This document shows, piece by piece, positions 58,498 to 64,000 of a stretch of DNA of 64,000 nucleotides. The notes beneath the pieces were generated by a model that was not told where the DNA came from, did no database searches, and saw nothing but the letters and a program-made list of their open reading frames with translations. How positions within the stretch are numbered: position 1 is the stretch's first letter; the number at the start of each line of letters is the position of its first letter. A program made the translations under genes and the position numbers. Origin of the DNA: Eledone cirrhosa (Eukaryota); contig OZ024743.1 of NCBI GenBank assembly GCA_964016885.1, positions 72,416,001 to 72,480,000 of the forward strand. Direction: 5' to 3'.

Positions 58498-58606
58498 CAG
58501 TTTCTGATGAAATGATTAAGGTTGCATGTATTTTAAATTGAGTTATGCTGTCTTCAGTGTTTAGCAATTTCTAGACAATTCTATCATGGAAACAATTGTT
58601 AGACTG
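58498..58606 (+). ncRNA. Type I hammerhead with 78-nt branched stem II
   Basis: CAGTTT/AGACTG; CTGATGA 58504-58510; ATGAT/ATCAT; GAAAC-AATT-GTT 58589-58600. Confidence 0.8.
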
Positions 58607-58829
58607 TATATAAATATCGTGGTTTGTACTGTTGACCATGTTATTCTTCACTTTTTTATTACTCCAAGATATATTTACATAGGAATACGAGTGAAGTCAT
58701 AAACTCGTCAACCACGTAAATCTCTTTTTGAGTCACACAGCACCGTACGCTGAAACTATCCATGATAAGTAGTTTTCACAGACTTTCATCGGATTACCTT
58801 TAACGATTTATTGTTATCCCCCCCCCCCC

Positions 58830-58871
<42 letters not shown>

Positions 58872-58923
58872 CATTGATAATGCTGGGTCCGTCAACTCCG
58901 TATTATATATATAATCTATATAT

Positions 58924-58983
<60 letters not shown>

Positions 58984-58994
58984 CTCTCTCTCTC

Positions 58995-59126
<132 letters not shown>

Positions 59127-59219
59127 GTAATAATAATATATTTGAAGAACAAAATCCAAAGAGGGCTCGATAAGGATAAATATAAATCAAATATATAAGA
59201 ACCGTAGAGCAAATATTTA

Positions 59220-59464
<245 letters not shown>

Positions 59465-59639
59465 CAGTATTTGAAGGCTACAACAATGCAACAGGGACAG
59501 AAGATTTTGGAATAAATAATTGATGGCAACGAAGATGTTTGTATGTTACCTGTTATTCTATTTACTTATCCTAATATTTTGAGTCTAAACCCACTTCGTC
59601 AGCAGACTATAATCAAAATCCTGTCTAGGAGTTCGTGTT

Positions 59640-61045
59640 TTCTTGTTAAAAGAACTGTGTACTGCGATGCAACTACCTCATAAAACCCATGAAACCGGTA
59701 GCGAAATCCAGATAAGAACAATTGCCTAAGCACAGAACGATTCCTCTACGAATTCTCCCGGTTCTTCTCCCAGATACACAAGTATATACTTTCTACCTTC
59801 CCAGATATGTCAGCATCTCAGATAAGGTCATATATAGATTCAACATACAACATAACAGCTTAGATAAAATAGATACACATTTAGTTTAAACATTGTCTCC
59901 TCTACTCATCAGTACTCCACCCGCCCAGCACTCAACCCAATGAATGACTACATCATTTCCCACATCATATACTGCTTCGGAATCACGCAACCGACACACA
60001 TCGATTCCAAATCGTCATCTTGGACAACAGCTACTTCCCTTTTCATCAACATACCCTCAAACAACCAACAGGCATACGCATGGGAGCCCGCTTGTCAGGA
60101 CTGTCACCCATCATCTTTCTGATCCCGTTGAAACTCTGCGCGCTCAACACTTGTTGCACATATGCCTTCTTCACCAGGTACCTAGACGACCTTCTTATGA
60201 TGAGGCCGATAGGATATCCACTACGTTCAGGAACGTGGACGATAGTATAGAGTTCAACTAAAACATACCGACAACAATGGATCTCTGTGATTACTCGATT
60301 GTTTAATATAAACCGGACCTCCCCAAAACTGAATACTGTAGCAATGAACTCATTCGTATTAGGAACAAATGCAGCAAGGCAGAGTTCCAACTCCCACACA
60401 CACAGCACATTTCTCGGAATTACTCAATCTCAATGGACAATTAACATCAACCACGAGTCATCTAAGGAGCCCATGACGCCAGAAACATAGGATCTCTTCC
60501 AACAACTCATTTTTGAAATAACAACACTTCAGTGAACATATAACCCTGACAAACTGCGGAGCCATCCACAAGGAGGGACTAGACAAATAATTAGCCCCCT
60601 CCAGCCCTGTATTACGAGAACACCTATAGAAAAAGCAAACATACGGCCATGAACTGCCAAGGCACGCTAGGAATCTGCCCTATTCGTGAGACACGTATGT
60701 AACCACGACATTTACATCAGTATTACCATTAGACCTCTTCACATCCATATAACATCTCATTACACATCCATCTCCCTTCAGTAAAAAAGTTAGACAAATA
60801 CATAAACAACAACAAACAAACACACACACACATATAATATATATGAATATATATATTTATCTAGAGACATTTTTTCAAATTCCAACCCGCCCGTCCCCTC
60901 AATCTATCTTATTTCTCATTCTTACTTCTGATGAAGTACTAGCGTCCGAAACGTTAAGACGCTCTTCCTGCTATATCAAGCGTTAACCTAATATATCCCT
61001 TCCATATACTGTACCGATTGTGTTGTTATTTCTGTTTACGTTTTA
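59640..61045 (+). mobile_element. Decayed PLE of a second clade (RT remnant + pLTR)
   Basis: Q.TGI.MG..LSG and FFTRYLDD remnants; HHR at 60924-60958. Confidence 0.65.
60924..60958 (+). ncRNA. Minimal type I hammerhead (stem II mismatch)
   Basis: CTT-CTGATGA-A-GTAC tagc GTCC-GAAACGTT-AAG. Confidence 0.7.
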
Positions 61046-61075
61046 CACACACACACACACACACACATACACACA

Positions 61076-61220
<145 letters not shown>

Positions 61221-61899
61221 TCGGTTTGTTTACAAGCAAACAGCCTCATAACGCGATGCGTTAGATGACCAAAATATCCTTTTGTTCCAGTGGTAGCTGA
61301 GTAAAAACAATCAACAAGAGTTTTGGACTTTTTGCTCCTTATTGAGATTGTGTATTCTCGTCAGTGCTACCCACTGGAACTGCTGAGAATACAAACTATT
61401 CTTAAATGTATACATCAGCTGATTAGTCCGTAACTCTATGCGTCAAAGCATGGCGTCCAAACCGCTACAGAATCTGCCAATCCACCGCGCTCCAAGAACT
61501 TTAATAACAGGTGCTCTTGGAATCATATACAATTAACAGACAGATAGATGCACAACCAAAACTCCAGGATTTACAAATATATATAGCATAACAAAATAGA
61601 CTACTAGGCACTACAAACGGAACGAGGTGTACAATACAATATAAACATCAATACAATACAATATAAACATCAATACAATACAATATAATATAAACATCAC
61701 CACCAAAATATTGCACTTGTAAAAGGCACAGAGAGCTGTGCTCGTAATGCAGTGACAACACGCAATGAATATACCACTAAATATAGTTTACTATATAACA
61801 GACATGCATATGTAGAGCTGGATATTAATAATATTGTGTCTTAGAATCTGTATGCTTTGGTAATGGAATTATGTATTTACATATAAACATATCGCGTCT

Positions 61900-63561
61900 A
61901 TATTCAGTTTTAGTTTTAAGTTTTTACCGGTTGCGCATTTCTTATGCTTTTCAAAAATAATTTTGAGATAGAGTGCTCGTGATTTTTGCTCTAATCTGAT
62001 CAGTTTTGGAAATTCTTCCTGTTTTATGTGAAAAAAGTGACTGTTTTATATGAACACATTGATACCTGTGCCGCCCAAAATCCTTCCGCTCTACAAATCT
62101 AAAGATAATGCCACCCCTACCAAGTGCATCAGCAAGGAATCTCACTTTACTAACAAATACGGACCCCCTCTAAACACATCTTCCTAAGACGAACCCACAT
62201 CATACACACGTCGATATACATACCTACATAAGCATACATCCTACATACATTTCTATCCACATATAAACACAAATATACACAAATTCGCATACCTTTCGAT
62301 GTTTATAGATATACACGTGCCGACACGCACACATACACATACGCACACATGTACTGCACATTGATGGGTGCATACATATTTGTACACAAGTATCCCATAT
62401 GGCAGGGCCTAATGGATTCCCTTTACAGTAAGGACAATCTGGACTCACAGACGCCTTGTTGTTATGACAATACTATACATCATTTCACCTCTTTTATTAT
62501 ATATATAATTGATGTTCTATTGAGAGAATCATTTTTGCAAATGACTGAAAATATCGAATAATGTACGACATTTTTACCAGGACCACAAAAATACTGGTCC
62601 ATCGACACACATACACACACACACACATACACACACACACATACACACACACATACACACACACGCGCGCGCGCGCGCGCGCATGCACACGCGAACACTA
62701 GCATACAGACAGACATACACACACTCACACACTTCTCCGTATAAGACAAGAGCTGAAAAATATGTTTCAACATGTTAAAATAACCCCCCCCCCCCCTACA
62801 CACACACATTCCTACTGACCGATTCATTTCCATTATCACAATAATTGTTTCTACTTTAGGCACAAGGCCAGCATAATGAACCACTTTGCTACACACACAC
62901 ATATTTGTCTTAATAGACACCTGAACTGTTGACCTCTCAACATGACTGCAACTCACACACGTACACACACATTCCTACTGACCGATTCATTTCTATTATT
63001 ACAACAATGAACCACTTTGCTACACACACATATTTGTCTTAATAGATACCTGAACTGTTGACCTCTGAACAACTCAATCAAGCGGAAAAGGACACTCTTC
63101 GACAAATCTACATTTGGCGCGAAACCAGTTCGCGCTATAATCAATTTAAACGTTCACGTGACTTCTACCGACCAATCAAAATTGTTTTGACAACAAGAAT
63201 TTTTGCAACACGAATTGGCGCGAAATTGATAGTGCTTATTCACGTGACATTCAACAACCAACCAAATCTTAATACCTCCCAAGCCACATTTTTCACATAA
63301 AACAGGAAGAATTTCCGAAACTGATCAGATTAGAGCAAAAATCACGAGCACTCTATCTCAAAATTATTTTTGAAAAGCATAAGAAATGCGCAACCGGTAA
63401 AAACTTGAAACTAAAACTGAATACTAACTAATACTTATTACTAATTTATATTTATTCCTAATTAAACTATTTTTCACTGGGAAAAATTTGTCAGGATTTT
63501 CTTTTCCTTTTTACTAATATATCACAACTCGTGTGTCACAACTCCATTTTTTTAAAATAAA
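61900..63561 (+). mobile_element. Decayed PLE with inverted 5' pLTR
   Basis: 61901-62035 is the inverse of 63289-63423; IYI(G)ETS remnant at ~63105; decayed HHR (CTGATCA..AAAA) at ~63311-63377; ends at (TA)n. Confidence 0.65.
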
Positions 63562-63711
<150 letters not shown>

Positions 63712-63861
63712 GTATATAAAACATTTTTTCGCTCTACATGGCTGAATACAATAAATGTAATCTGAGTTTTTCGAATATGAACAATAACGTTCGATTCGTT
63801 TGCAATTATGCAAACAAGCCTCACTTTAAAAGCCATGGCAGTAGCATTAACTCTTCAAACA

Positions 63862-63911
63862 GAACTGCAGACACTAATGTTTCTGGGTATCATCCTTCAT
63901 CAGTACAGCTC
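63862..63911 (-). ncRNA. Type I hammerhead ribozyme
   Basis: Minus strand reads GAGCTGTA-CTGATGA-AGGATGATACCCA-GAAAC-ATTAGT-GTC-TGCAGTTC; 8-bp stem I; tail runs to (TA)n at ~63715. Confidence 0.8.
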
Positions 63912-64000
63912 ACTGTTCACCTGCCAACTCTCAGAGCTAGTGAAAGTATATGGTATTTTCTAAAATATACAGTGACTGATCGGCCTGACTTAAACTTTAG

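Larger units (their letters stand above)
55457..58820 (+). mobile_element. Naiad-type PLE copy 3, internally deleted, with inverted 5' pLTR
   Basis: 55457-55890 is the inverse of 58235-58662; RT remnant breaks after GGI (~56622); GIY-YIG ORF 56813-57601 (WYYIGST, CTLC). Confidence 0.9.

Noticed and set aside
59560-59605. HHR-like relics (also ~23195, ~43075, ~44510-44540, ~61380)
   Set aside because: Core or stem I too damaged to call as ribozymes; probably decayed pLTRs.
61900-63423. DNA transposon with 135-bp TIRs
   Set aside because: Asymmetric 3' tail, GIY-YIG remnant and decayed HHR indicate a PLE with an inverted pLTR.

Overview
AT-rich, microsatellite-dense eukaryotic DNA with no intact host gene. 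The SINE types and (TA)n/(CA)n load suggest a mollusc, probably an octopus-like cephalopod (inference). Penelope-like retroelements (PLEs) inserted at (TA)n tracts dominate. They include one near-intact Naiad-type element (RT + C-terminal GIY-YIG, direct pLTRs, 1-4519), two older relatives with inverted 5' pLTRs (46972-50149, 55457-58820), several remnants and many short fold-back pLTR insertions. Hand-folding found about 20 type I hammerhead ribozyme (HHR) motifs from at least 10 sequence families. Unusual forms include ~80-90 nt branched stem II inserts in the Naiad pLTRs, a recurrent CAGAAGA core, and a form with almost no stem II. One insertion starts at the predicted HHR cleavage site. 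Also present: tRNA-derived SINEs, RTE/CRE/Tx1 LINE fragments, a 29-bp satellite with a ~1 kb higher-order duplication, a 1.8-kb local duplication, and tentative shards of an LRR/Toll-like receptor pseudogene. All folds and family assignments are by eye; nothing was computed or searched.
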